Part shown: in pieces, positions 37,548 to 46,091 of the stretch
Numbering within the stretch: position 1 is the stretch's first letter
How the letters are laid out: every line of letters starts with the position of its first letter
The notes under the pieces: generated by a model
Told to the model about the DNA's origin: nothing
What the model saw: only the letters and a program-made list of their open reading frames with translations
Database searches by the model: none
Assembly (NCBI GenBank): GCA_020249825.1
Contig: JADCEX010000279.1
Coordinates: 680 to 64,679 of the forward strand
DNA length: 64,000 bases
From: Roseomonas sp.
GTDB taxonomy: Bacteria > Pseudomonadota > Alphaproteobacteria > Acetobacterales > Acetobacteraceae
Direction of reading: 5' to 3'
Position numbers and translations under genes: made by a program

Positions 37548-38672
37548 TTAAAACAGCGACATCTGCCCGCCAGGCACAGCAAAGCGTGAGCAATCCAGGG
37601 CGCCCGTCCCGCCGCCGCGCTTTTCAAGGCCAAGCCGGCGCATGGCCACAGCAAAGCGCCGTGCCAGCAATTCCGCATAGGGCCCGCTGCCGGTCTGGCG
37701 CTGGCCGAAGCGGCTGTCATACAGCGCGCCGCCGCGCGTTTGGCGGATCAGCGACAGCACCCGCGCCGCGCGATCCGGCATATGCCTTGCCAGCCATTCC
37801 TCAAAAAGCTGTTTGATTTCCAAGGGCAGGCGGAGCAGCACATAGCCCGCGCTGGTCGCCCCCGCCGCCGCGCCCTGTTCCAGCAGCTTTTCCAATTCCA
37901 TATCATTCACGGCCGGGATCATCGGCGCAGCCAGGATGGCGGTTGGCACGCCCGCTGCCGTCAATTCCCTGATCGCCTGCAAGCGCCGCGCCGGCGTCGC
38001 AGCGCGCGGTTCCATGATGCGCGCCAAGGCAGGGTCGAGCGTGGTCACGGAAAGGCATACCCGCACCAGATTGCGTGCAGCCAGGCGCTGCAGGATATCG
38101 GTATCGCGCAACACGCCCGCAGATTTGGTAACAATCGTGACCGGGTGGCTGAAGCGGTCCAGCACTTCCAGCACGGCGCGGGTCAGCCCCAATTGGCGTT
38201 CCACAGGCTGATAAGGGTCCGTATTGGCGCCGAGCGCGATGGGGCGGGGCTGATAGCCGGGCTTGCGGAGCTCCTTTTCCAGCAGCGCCGCGATATCGGG
38301 CTTGAACATCAGCCGCGTTTCGAAATCGAGCCCCGGCGAGAAGCCCAGATAGGCGTGGGAAGGCCGCGCATAGCAGTAGATGCAGCCATGCTCGCAGCCA
38401 CGATAGGGGTTGATGGACCGGTCAAAGCCCAGATCAGGGCTTTCATTGTAGCTGAGGGCAGATTTCGCGCGATCCTCGGTCAGGCTGGTCGGCAAGGGCG
38501 GCAATGCGGCGAAGCTTTGTTCCAGCGTCGCCCAACCATCGTCAAACGCCTCCCGCCGCGCCGGTTCAAAGCGCACTGACGGGTTGGAAACGGCCCCGCG
38601 CCCCTTGCGCGCCAGGGACGGCATGGCGAAGGCACTTTCACCCTGGGTCAGGTTGGGCATACCATCGGGCAT
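37548..38672 (-). CDS. PA0069-family radical SAM protein (SplB-like, putative DNA repair)
   Basis: GRGAVSN, SINPYRGCEHGCIYCYARP (CxxxCxxC), GLDFET, NTDPYQP. Confidence 0.9.
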   Translation of the reverse strand: MPDGMPNLTQGESAFAMPSLARKGRGAVSNPSVRFEPARREAFDDGWATLEQSFAALPPLPTSLTEDRAKSALSYNESPDLGFDRSINPYRGCEHGCIYCYARPSHAYLGFSPGLDFETRLMFKPDIAALLEKELRKPGYQPRPIALGANTDPYQPVERQLGLTRAVLEVLDRFSHPVTIVTKSAGVLRDTDILQRLAARNLVRVCLSVTTLDPALARIMEPRAATPARRLQAIRELTAAGVPTAILAAPMIPAVNDMELEKLLEQGAAAGATSAGYVLLRLPLEIKQLFEEWLARHMPDRAARVLSLIRQTRGGALYDSRFGQRQTGSGPYAELLARRFAVAMRRLGLEKRGGGTGALDCSRFAVPGGQMSLF

Positions 38673-38728
38673 GATGTGTTCCCTTTTCCGAACCTGGCCA
38701 GAGTGGCGAAAAGCGCCCCCCAAGTCAA

Positions 38729-38743
38729 GAACAAAATAAGAAC
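38729..38743. promoter_or_regulatory. alphaproteobacterial LexA (SOS) box
   Basis: GAACAAAATAAGAAC = GAAC-N7-GAAC, upstream of the PA0069-like gene. Confidence 0.8.
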
Positions 38744-38745
38744 AA

Positions 38746-39432
38746 ATGCACCTTTTACCTGTTTCCGCGCTGATCCCAACGCTGAATGCCGCCGCAAGCC
38801 TGCCGGTGACGCTTGCAGCCCTGCGCGGCTATGTGGCGGAAATCATCATCGCCGATGGCGGCAGCACGGATGGAACACCACAACTTGCAAAAACCCTTGG
38901 GGCGCGCGTCATCACGGGCAATCGCGGGCGCGGCGTTCAATTGCGCGCCGCGGCTGACGCCGCAACCCAGCCCTGGTTGCTGGCGATGCATGCCGATACA
39001 CGCCCCGGCCCCGGCTGGCAGGAAGCGGCAGCAGGCTTCATTGCGCAGCCCGAAAACACGACCAGGGCCGCCCATTTCCGCTTCGCGCTTGACCATCCAG
39101 CGCCGCAAGCTCGGCGGCTGGAAGCCGTGGTGGCCTGGCGCTGCCACTGGCTTGGCCTGCCCTATGGGGATCAGGGCCTGCTGATCGCACGTGATTTCTA
39201 TCAGGCGCTTGGCGGTTATGAACCCGTGCCGCTGATGGAAGATGTGGCGCTGATCCGGCGTATTGGGCGCAAGCGCCTTCGGGCGCTGCCCGTGGATTTC
39301 ATTACCTCGGCCGAGAAATGGCAGCGGGATGGCTGGTACGGGCGATCGGCGCGGAATCTGTTCTGTCTGTCGCTGTGGTTCGCGGGGGTTTCGCCCGAAC
39401 GCATCGCCGGGTTCTATGCGCGCCGGCGCTGA
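38746..39432 (+). CDS. GT2 glycosyltransferase, TIGR04283-like
   Basis: LIPTLNAA, ADGGSTD, GRGVQL, HADT, LPYGDQGL, LMEDV. Confidence 0.85.
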   Translation: MHLLPVSALIPTLNAAASLPVTLAALRGYVAEIIIADGGSTDGTPQLAKTLGARVITGNRGRGVQLRAAADAATQPWLLAMHADTRPGPGWQEAAAGFIAQPENTTRAAHFRFALDHPAPQARRLEAVVAWRCHWLGLPYGDQGLLIARDFYQALGGYEPVPLMEDVALIRRIGRKRLRALPVDFITSAEKWQRDGWYGRSARNLFCLSLWFAGVSPERIAGFYARRR

Positions 39433-39449
39433 TCGGCTTTGCTGAGGCA

Positions 39450-40073
39450 ATGCGCCGCCCCGTTGTGATCATTTTCGCCCGCGCGCCACGCCTTGGCGCG
39501 GTAAAGCGCCGCTTGGCTGCGGGTATTGGCGCGCGTGGTGCCCTGCACTTCTACCGCGCCACGCTGGCAGCGACCGCTTGGCCCATTGCGCGTGACAGGC
39601 GTTGGCGCACGATACTGGCCATCACCCCGCGCGGTGCGCGCGCGGATTGGGCCAGGCTGGCACCACCCGGCACGCCGCGCATGGCTCAGATTGCCAGGGA
39701 TTTGGGGCAGCGGATGGAAAGGGCGCTCGCCCCCTTCCCGCGCGCCATCCTGATCGGCAGCGATATTCCTGGGCTTGGCCCCGCCGATATCGCCGCCGGG
39801 TTTCGCGCGCTGGGGCGGACGGATGCGGTTTTCGGCCCGGCGCTGGATGGGGGCTATTGGCTGGTCGGTTTCGGTCCCCGGCGCCCGCACAAGCCATTTG
39901 CACGGGTGCGCTGGTCCAGCCGCCACGCATTGGCTGATACCTTGGCCAATTTCCGGCGCCATCGCGTGGCGCTATTGCCGCCCAAGCGTGATGTGGATAG
40001 CGCCGAGGATTTGGCAGCGCTGCGCCTGCCCGCCCTTATTCATCCAGCGAAACCACCCTTTTTGCGCCAATGA
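39450..40073 (+). CDS. DUF2064/TIGR04282-like glycosyltransferase
   Basis: IFARAPRLGAVKRRLA, DLGQRM, LIGSDIP, FGPALDGGYWLVG, DVDSAEDL. Confidence 0.85.
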   Translation: MRRPVVIIFARAPRLGAVKRRLAAGIGARGALHFYRATLAATAWPIARDRRWRTILAITPRGARADWARLAPPGTPRMAQIARDLGQRMERALAPFPRAILIGSDIPGLGPADIAAGFRALGRTDAVFGPALDGGYWLVGFGPRRPHKPFARVRWSSRHALADTLANFRRHRVALLPPKRDVDSAEDLAALRLPALIHPAKPPFLRQ

Positions 40074-40140
40074 CATTTCCCGCCCGCGATTTGACAGAAA
40101 TTTAAGCTCTCCAACCTATGCTTTCATTGGGAGGTCCCCA

Positions 40141-40518
40141 ATGGAACCAACAAGCACCGGATCCGATGACAGCGCCCGCGAATGCCGCCAGCGCGTTGCA
40201 GCGCATTTGCAGGATTTGCATCGCATCCATTTGGCCCTGGCCGAGGACAGCCGCGCGCTGAAGCGCTTCACGACCGAGGGCAATGCGCGGGTGGAACTGG
40301 AATTGGCTGCGGAAATGCTGGAGCTTTACATGGCTTCCAGCGCAGCCTTTCTGGAAAATATGCGCGGGCGGTTTGAAGCGCGCCTGCCGCTGCTCCGCCG
40401 TGGTGAGCCAGCTTTCGGCCAGCACCCGGAACGCGCGCCTGAACATGGCGCCTTTTGGCTCAGTTTCTCGCGCCTTTGCGCGGTACTCCGCCGCGCCACC
40501 AAGCACGTCGAGGTATGA
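40141..40518 (+). CDS. hypothetical protein
   Basis: GGAGG RBS before ATG 40141; 125-aa helical ORF that fills the gap before purQ. Confidence 0.65.
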   Translation: MEPTSTGSDDSARECRQRVAAHLQDLHRIHLALAEDSRALKRFTTEGNARVELELAAEMLELYMASSAAFLENMRGRFEARLPLLRRGEPAFGQHPERAPEHGAFWLSFSRLCAVLRRATKHVEV

Positions 40519-40523
40519 AAACC

Positions 40524-41222
40524 TTAAGCTGAGACCAGGCGTTCAGCCAGGCCTTGGAACATGGGCAGGCCATCCACGCCGCCCATCAGCGGGTCCACCA
40601 AATCTTCCGGATGCGGCATCAGCCCGCAGACGCGGAGATTGGCTGAAAATACACCCGCGATATTGCGCGCGCTGCCATTGCGATTGGCGGCGTCCGTCGC
40701 TTGGCCCGCTTCATCCACATAGCGGAAGGCAACCAAGCCTTCACCTTCAAGCCGATCAAGCGTTTCCTCATCGGCGAAGTAATTGCCATCACCATGCGCC
40801 ATGGGGGCGCGGAAGCAATCACCCTGTTGCCACTGCGCGGTAAAGGCCGTTCCGGCGCGCTCCACCCGCAAACGGCACTCCATGGACAGAAAGCGCAACG
40901 TGGCATTGCGCAGCAATCCGCCCGGCAAAAGCCCGGCTTCGATCATGATCTGAAAGCCGTTGCAGACGCCAAGCACATGCCCCCCGGCAGCCGCAAAATC
41001 CACCACCGCACGCATGATGGGCGATTGCGCCGCCATGGCACCGCAGCGCAGATAATCGCCATAGGAAAACCCGCCCGGCAGCACCACCAGATCAAGCCCT
41101 GCGGGCAGCGCCGCTTCGCGGTGAAACAGCATGATGGGATCTCGGCCCGATGCGCGCTTCAGCGCAAGCCGCATATCCCGCTCCCGATTGGTGCCAGGGA
41201 ATACAATGATCGCCGCCTTCAT
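40524..41222 (-). CDS. purQ: FGAM synthase glutaminase subunit
   Basis: [40 protein letters not shown]. Confidence 0.96.
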   Translation of the reverse strand: MKAAIIVFPGTNRERDMRLALKRASGRDPIMLFHREAALPAGLDLVVLPGGFSYGDYLRCGAMAAQSPIMRAVVDFAAAGGHVLGVCNGFQIMIEAGLLPGGLLRNATLRFLSMECRLRVERAGTAFTAQWQQGDCFRAPMAHGDGNYFADEETLDRLEGEGLVAFRYVDEAGQATDAANRNGSARNIAGVFSANLRVCGLMPHPEDLVDPLMGGVDGLPMFQGLAERLVSA

Positions 41223-41227
41223 GGCCT

Positions 41228-41446
41228 TCAGGTCCCGATCAGGCGGAGCCAATGCAGCCCGCCCATGAATACCATTGTCACCAGCGCGGCGAGTGCCGCC
41301 GCCGTCACCCAGCGATTGATCGTCCGCTTGCCGCGCGCCACCATATTGCCACGCGCGACAACCGGCGCGCGTTGTTCGCGCCAGCGCAGCCCCATGGCGA
41401 TCAGCACGGTCAGCACCAGCATCGCGATCAGGCTGGCCTTGACCAC
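41228..41446 (-). CDS. small 2-TM hypothetical protein between purS and purQ
   Basis: 72 aa with two hydrophobic segments; fills the purS-purQ gap almost exactly. Confidence 0.6.
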   Translation of the reverse strand: MVKASLIAMLVLTVLIAMGLRWREQRAPVVARGNMVARGKRTINRWVTAAALAALVTMVFMGGLHWLRLIGT

Positions 41447-41447
41447 C

Positions 41448-41687
41448 TCAGACGATCTCCACCCGGAAGCTTTCGATCACCGTATTGGCGAGCAGCTTGC
41501 GCGCCATATCCTCCGCGATTTGTTTCGCCTTGGCTGGATCGGCTTCCGCCAGATCAAGTTCAATCACCTTGCCGGCCCGCACATCACGCACGCCGCCAAA
41601 GCCCAAGCCTTCCAGAGCGTTGCCAATGGCCTTGCCCTGAGGGTCAAGCACGCCCGCCTTGGGCATGACATAGACGCGGGCTTTCAT
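41448..41687 (-). CDS. purS: FGAM synthase subunit PurS
   Basis: MKARVYVMPKAGVLDPQGKAI...LLANTVIESF. Confidence 0.96.
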   Translation of the reverse strand: MKARVYVMPKAGVLDPQGKAIGNALEGLGFGGVRDVRAGKVIELDLAEADPAKAKQIAEDMARKLLANTVIESFRVEIV

Positions 41688-41805
41688 ATCAATCCTAACC
41701 GCCGTTCTTGCATATCGCCTCTCCTGGCGCGGAATTTGGTCTGGCGCATCCGATTCACGCCTCCGGTGCTCGGCTGCGCCTGCGCCTTCCGGCGATCGGA
41801 TGCGC

Positions 41806-42570
41806 TCACTGTACCGCCTCCGGCCCTTTCAGGTCGCGCACACCGGCTTCGGGCAAAATGCCCAGGCGCCTTGCCACTTCCTGATAGCCTTCTTCCACCT
41901 TGCCGAGGTCGCGGCGGAAGCGGTCCTTGTCCATTTTCTCGCCAGTCTTGGCATCCCAAAGCCGGCAATTATCCGGGCTGATCTCATCAGCCAGCACGAT
42001 GCGCATTTCCTCATTTTCCCAAAGCCGGCCGAATTCCAGCTTGAAATCCACAAGCGTAATGCCGACGCCAAGCAAAAGCCCGGTCAGGAAATCATTGATG
42101 CGCAAGGTCAGCGCAATCATGTCATCCAGATCATGCGTCGAAGCCCAGCCGAAGCAGGTGATGTGTTCTTCCGCCACCATCGGGTCATTCAGCGCATCGT
42201 TCTTGAAATAATACTCAATGATCGAACGCGGCAGGCGCTGGCCTTCCGGAATGCCCAAACGCTCCGCAAGCGACCCGGCGGCGACATTGCGCACCACCAC
42301 TTCAAGCGGGATGATCTCCACTTCCCGGATCAATTGCTCGCGCATATTCAGCCGGCGGATGAAATGCGTCGGGATGCCAATCTCGGTCAGGCGCATCATC
42401 AGATATTCGCTGATGCGATTATTCAGCACGCCCTTGCCGGTGATGGTGCCCTTCTTCTTGGCGTTGAAGGCAGTGGCGTCATCCTTGAAATACTGCACCA
42501 GGGTGCCGGGTTCCGGCCCCTCGAACAGAATTTTTGCTTTACCTTCATAGAGTTGGCGGCGACGAGCCAT
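41806..42570 (-). CDS. purC: SAICAR synthetase
   Basis: [56 protein letters not shown]. Confidence 0.97.
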   Translation of the reverse strand: MARRRQLYEGKAKILFEGPEPGTLVQYFKDDATAFNAKKKGTITGKGVLNNRISEYLMMRLTEIGIPTHFIRRLNMREQLIREVEIIPLEVVVRNVAAGSLAERLGIPEGQRLPRSIIEYYFKNDALNDPMVAEEHITCFGWASTHDLDDMIALTLRINDFLTGLLLGVGITLVDFKLEFGRLWENEEMRIVLADEISPDNCRLWDAKTGEKMDKDRFRRDLGKVEEGYQEVARRLGILPEAGVRDLKGPEAVQ

Positions 42571-42657
42571 GGGTCAGTCATCCTCTGGCCCACCATCCAA
42601 GGGCGGAAGGCGGAGCATCTCACCAGTCTATAGCAGCCCCAAGCCGGGGTCGCCATG

Positions 42658-43416
42658 TCACGCGCCGAGTCGTGGCCTATCGCCAGGAAGTTCAAGCTGC
42701 TTGAAGGCGCCATCGCCCGGCGGGGCGGGGCAAAACCGCCAGAGCCTTTCGCCAGCCGCGCCAAAACCCAAAAGACTGGCCGAAACGGTCCCGTACCCGC
42801 CATGCAGCGGCACTTTCAGTGTGGCGGCCAAATCCCCCTCATGGCTGTCATCGGCGAGCCGCTCTTCCCAGGTGCGCCAATCGCCCCGCACAGGATCAGG
42901 CGCCGCGGCTGCGCGAAAGCGCGGCAAATGGCGCCGCGTGCGGGGGTGGCTTTCATCATTGGGCGGATGGGATGTCACCATGGAAATCCCTGGCGCCAGC
43001 GCCATGGCCTGCGGCCGCCCCTCCCCAAGGGCTTCGATGTAAAAGGCGCTGCGCTGATCAGCGATCACCAGATTGAAGGGGCGCCAGGCGCTGGCATCAA
43101 GCCGGGCGATGGCATCCGCCGCCGCTTCCGCTGTTGGCGCATGGGCCGCCATCAGCGGCAATTCCCCGCGGCTTCGCTTGCCCGGCGCGGGGCCTAGGCT
43201 ACCGGGGCGGTTGAGTGCCGCTGCCAGCACGCCCTTTGGGCCAAGCGCCATCCAGGTGCCGCCCGCGCTGCGGTCCCTTCCACCGATGACGCCGGGATAG
43301 TCTGACCACCAGGCCGCCGGCGCATCCCAGGCGCGATCCGCCCTTTCATCCCGATTGGCGGCAATCAGCATCGGCCATTCATGATCAGGCCGGTTGAGCA
43401 AAATCAGCGTGCACAT
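42658..43416 (-). CDS. NRDE/TANGO2 family protein
   Basis: N-terminal MC, IAANRDE, GRDRSAGGTW, SRGEL, FNL, YGTVS. Confidence 0.9.
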   Translation of the reverse strand: MCTLILLNRPDHEWPMLIAANRDERADRAWDAPAAWWSDYPGVIGGRDRSAGGTWMALGPKGVLAAALNRPGSLGPAPGKRSRGELPLMAAHAPTAEAAADAIARLDASAWRPFNLVIADQRSAFYIEALGEGRPQAMALAPGISMVTSHPPNDESHPRTRRHLPRFRAAAAPDPVRGDWRTWEERLADDSHEGDLAATLKVPLHGGYGTVSASLLGFGAAGERLWRFCPAPPGDGAFKQLELPGDRPRLGA

Positions 43417-43461
43417 TGCACCCGGAAACTGCGCCGCATGGCCGCGGCGCGCAAGCCGGCT

Positions 43462-43797
43462 TCAGAAGCGGAAATTGAGTGAAACGCCAGGCCGCCCGTA
43501 ATAGCCATAACGCGGATAGGGCGCCGGCACGCGATAGGAAGGCGCAGGCGCGTAGTAATAGGGCGGTGGCGGCGCGTAATAGACGGGCGGCGGGGCGTAA
43601 TAGATGGGCGGCGGCGCGTAGCGGACCGGGGGTTGAATAATCACCACCTCACCATGGCCGCGTGGCGGATGATGCGGCCTGGGGTGATAACCATAGCCGT
43701 AGCCATATTGCGGATGCGCGCTTGCTGTGGCGCCCGACAGCACCAAGCCAATCAAGCCAAGGGACAGCAGTGCAAAATGACGGAGCTTTGATGTCAT
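43462..43797 (-). CDS. secreted Pro/Tyr-rich low-complexity protein
   Basis: AAGGAG RBS, signal peptide ending ASA, YAPPP repeats. Confidence 0.75.
   Translation of the reverse strand: MTSKLRHFALLSLGLIGLVLSGATASAHPQYGYGYGYHPRPHHPPRGHGEVVIIQPPVRYAPPPIYYAPPPVYYAPPPPYYYAPAPSYRVPAPYPRYGYYGRPGVSLNFRF
43551..43620. repeat. imperfect coding tandem repeat (YAPPPxY units)
   Basis: About 3 copies of ~21-bp GGCGGCGGxGCGTAATAG-like units inside the Pro-rich ORF. Confidence 0.6.
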
Positions 43798-43905
43798 GGC
43801 GACAACTCCTTTGACCTCAAAATTATGCTCCAGCCACACGGCAGAAAAAAGGCACGCAGCAAGGCTTCCGTTGCATCGCCCATCATAGGCGCTGATGCAC
43901 GCGCT

Positions 43906-45105
43906 TCAGCCCGCGCGGCGCACGCAGCGGACATGGTTATGGCCGCGGATGTCGTCGCCCTGCGGGCCGAAGCCTTGGGGCCAATCGCTGGGCTGAGCCG
44001 CCTTCGGGTCGCTTCGCTGCGCACCAGCGCCATGCGCATCCACCCAGCGCCAATTGCCCGAACCTGGCGGCACTTCCATACGGCCAAGCGCTGGCCCAAA
44101 CGCAAAATATACCGCCAATTCACCAACGGCGGTGAAGGGGCGCGGTCGGCCTGCCGGCGGTGGGCTTTCAAGATGCGTCGTGGAGGTCCAAACATAGGCA
44201 GCGGGATCGGCAAGCCGAAACACCGGATCAATCGCGGGGATGCGCCCGTAATCCACAATACTGTGAAGCTCCTTCGCATCCGGCATCCGCCAATCGGCAT
44301 GACCGGCGAGCCGAAGTGCCGCGCAATGCGCCAGCGCAGCCTCCCAAGATTGGGCGATGCCATCATCAGCGCGCTGCCATTCAAGACCCGTGGCAGCGTC
44401 CAGCACCGTTTCCGCCGTTGCGCGGAAATCATTCGCGCCATAGGCCGGCCCGCGTACCAAGCGCACCGCCAGCCGGTTCGGCGTGCGCATCCGGTTTGCC
44501 GGGTCCATCAGCGGATAGCCCTTGATACGTCCATCCGCGAAATTCACGCCGAAAACGGTCTCGGACCCGCCGACAGTGCGACCCAGGTAGCGCGTCGTTG
44601 TCCATTCCTGCACATCAATGGGTCGGCGCCCCGCTGCTGCGTCTCCCTGCCCCGTCCCGCCGCCATAGGCGAAGCGGAATACCGATGTGTCGATATAGGG
44701 GCGAGAGGTCGCCGGGTCCCCCGTGAAGCCGCCACGGAAATCGATCAGCGAATAGAGCTCTCGGATGGATGGCACGCGCCAATCGCCATGGCCGCCCAGA
44801 CGGCTTTCGGCGGCAAGCCGCGCTGCCTCCTCAAAGGTGACAGGCGCGCTTGGTGCCTCTGCCCAGGTCAGGCCCGTGACGAGATCGGTGACGGTGCCAT
44901 CACCATGCGCACGATAGGCCATTGGCCGCAGCGGCGGAGTGCCATCCGCGCCGGCAAAGGGCGCGCCTGGCTCAGGGCAGGCGATCTGCCCGGCTGCGCC
45001 AAAGCACCGATCCTGCCCGGTACCGGGGATGCGATAGGACTGGGCTTTCACACCAGCACCGCCAATGGCGAAGGCCATCAGCGCGATGAGCGGGACGGAG
45101 CGCAT
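43906..45105 (-). CDS. secreted DUF1566 (Lcl C-terminal) double-domain protein
   Basis: Signal peptide, TGQDRCF, two GTVTDxxTGLxW...DWRxPxxxELxS repeats, HVRCVR end; start trimmed to 45105. Confidence 0.85.
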   Translation of the reverse strand: MRSVPLIALMAFAIGGAGVKAQSYRIPGTGQDRCFGAAGQIACPEPGAPFAGADGTPPLRPMAYRAHGDGTVTDLVTGLTWAEAPSAPVTFEEAARLAAESRLGGHGDWRVPSIRELYSLIDFRGGFTGDPATSRPYIDTSVFRFAYGGGTGQGDAAAGRRPIDVQEWTTTRYLGRTVGGSETVFGVNFADGRIKGYPLMDPANRMRTPNRLAVRLVRGPAYGANDFRATAETVLDAATGLEWQRADDGIAQSWEAALAHCAALRLAGHADWRMPDAKELHSIVDYGRIPAIDPVFRLADPAAYVWTSTTHLESPPPAGRPRPFTAVGELAVYFAFGPALGRMEVPPGSGNWRWVDAHGAGAQRSDPKAAQPSDWPQGFGPQGDDIRGHNHVRCVRRAG

Positions 45106-45215
45106 GACACCCTTCCCCCAGTTAGCCTTGCCCGCTGAACCTGGCCGCGCCGGTTGCGGAATAGGGGCGGCCATCCCCAGAACTTGACCCGTCACACGGT
45201 TGCAAAAAGGCGCCC

Positions 45216-45980
45216 TCACAGGTCCAGCATCATCGGCTCCAGCGCATCGCCGAGCGCGATGTTTCCGCCGTCCAAAACCTCGGCATAAACCCCCAAATCC
45301 GCATGGCCGAAATGCCGGCGCAGATCGCGCGGCGGGTTGGCATCGCGCGCTGCGGTTTCCGGGTTCACCTCGGTCGCGGCGCAACGCACGATGCGCTTCA
45401 CCACCTTCAGCCGCACCTGGCCGATCTGGATTTCCTGGCCAAGCCAATCAAACTCTGCCCAGGGCCGCCCGCCGGAGAAATAGAAATTCGCGCGAAAGCG
45501 CAAAGGGTCCAACGCCATGCCGGCCTCGGCTTCCAAAGCATGCAGGCTGGTAAGGCCGATGATGGAAACCACCTTCATCGCCACATCGGAAAAGCGATGG
45601 CCGGGCGCTTCGATAAAGCGCGGCTCACCACGCGCTTCGGGGCCAAGAAAGGCGGTCAAGTAGCGCGCGATGGCGGCCTTGCCCGCCTCGGTCCGCGTAT
45701 CGCCCAGAAAGGGCGCGGCGCCAGGGGCGCGGATGGCGAGGCTCCCGTCATGCGGGTCAAAGGCCGTGTGCAGCAGGGCGAGGCGTTCATTGACCATCAG
45801 GCAACCGAAATTGCGCTTGGAAAGCCAGCGCGGGGCCGCTACATCAAAGGGCGCATCACCCTGTGCCAAGGCAAAGCGCCTATCATGCGCCAGCATCTCA
45901 CCGGGCGTCAGCGCCACGGCTTCCAAAGCCTCGGCTGACAGCCCCTTCACCGGGTAACGGTAGATCTTTTCGATACGCAT
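45216..45980 (-). CDS. MOSC domain protein
   Basis: IYRYPVKG, DRRFAL, LRFRAN, RCAATEVNP, GVYAEV. Confidence 0.9.
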   Translation of the reverse strand: MRIEKIYRYPVKGLSAEALEAVALTPGEMLAHDRRFALAQGDAPFDVAAPRWLSKRNFGCLMVNERLALLHTAFDPHDGSLAIRAPGAAPFLGDTRTEAGKAAIARYLTAFLGPEARGEPRFIEAPGHRFSDVAMKVVSIIGLTSLHALEAEAGMALDPLRFRANFYFSGGRPWAEFDWLGQEIQIGQVRLKVVKRIVRCAATEVNPETAARDANPPRDLRRHFGHADLGVYAEVLDGGNIALGDALEPMMLDL

Positions 45981-46091
45981 CGGGCTCCCCCTTGAAGCAG
46001 ATCAAGGTCAGATACCACATATAAAGCATTCTGGTGCCATTCGTTGCCCATTCGGGGGCGAGGGGCATCGTCCGCTCAGGAGAGGGACCAC

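Noticed and set aside
40091-40122. TTGACA...TATGCT sigma70-like promoter upstream of the 40141 ORF
   Set aside because: The spacer is about 20 bp, too long to call with confidence.
43551-43620. Short direct repeats as a possible CRISPR array
   Set aside because: In-frame YAPPP coding repeats with no unique spacers and no cas genes. I saw no CRISPR array in the window.
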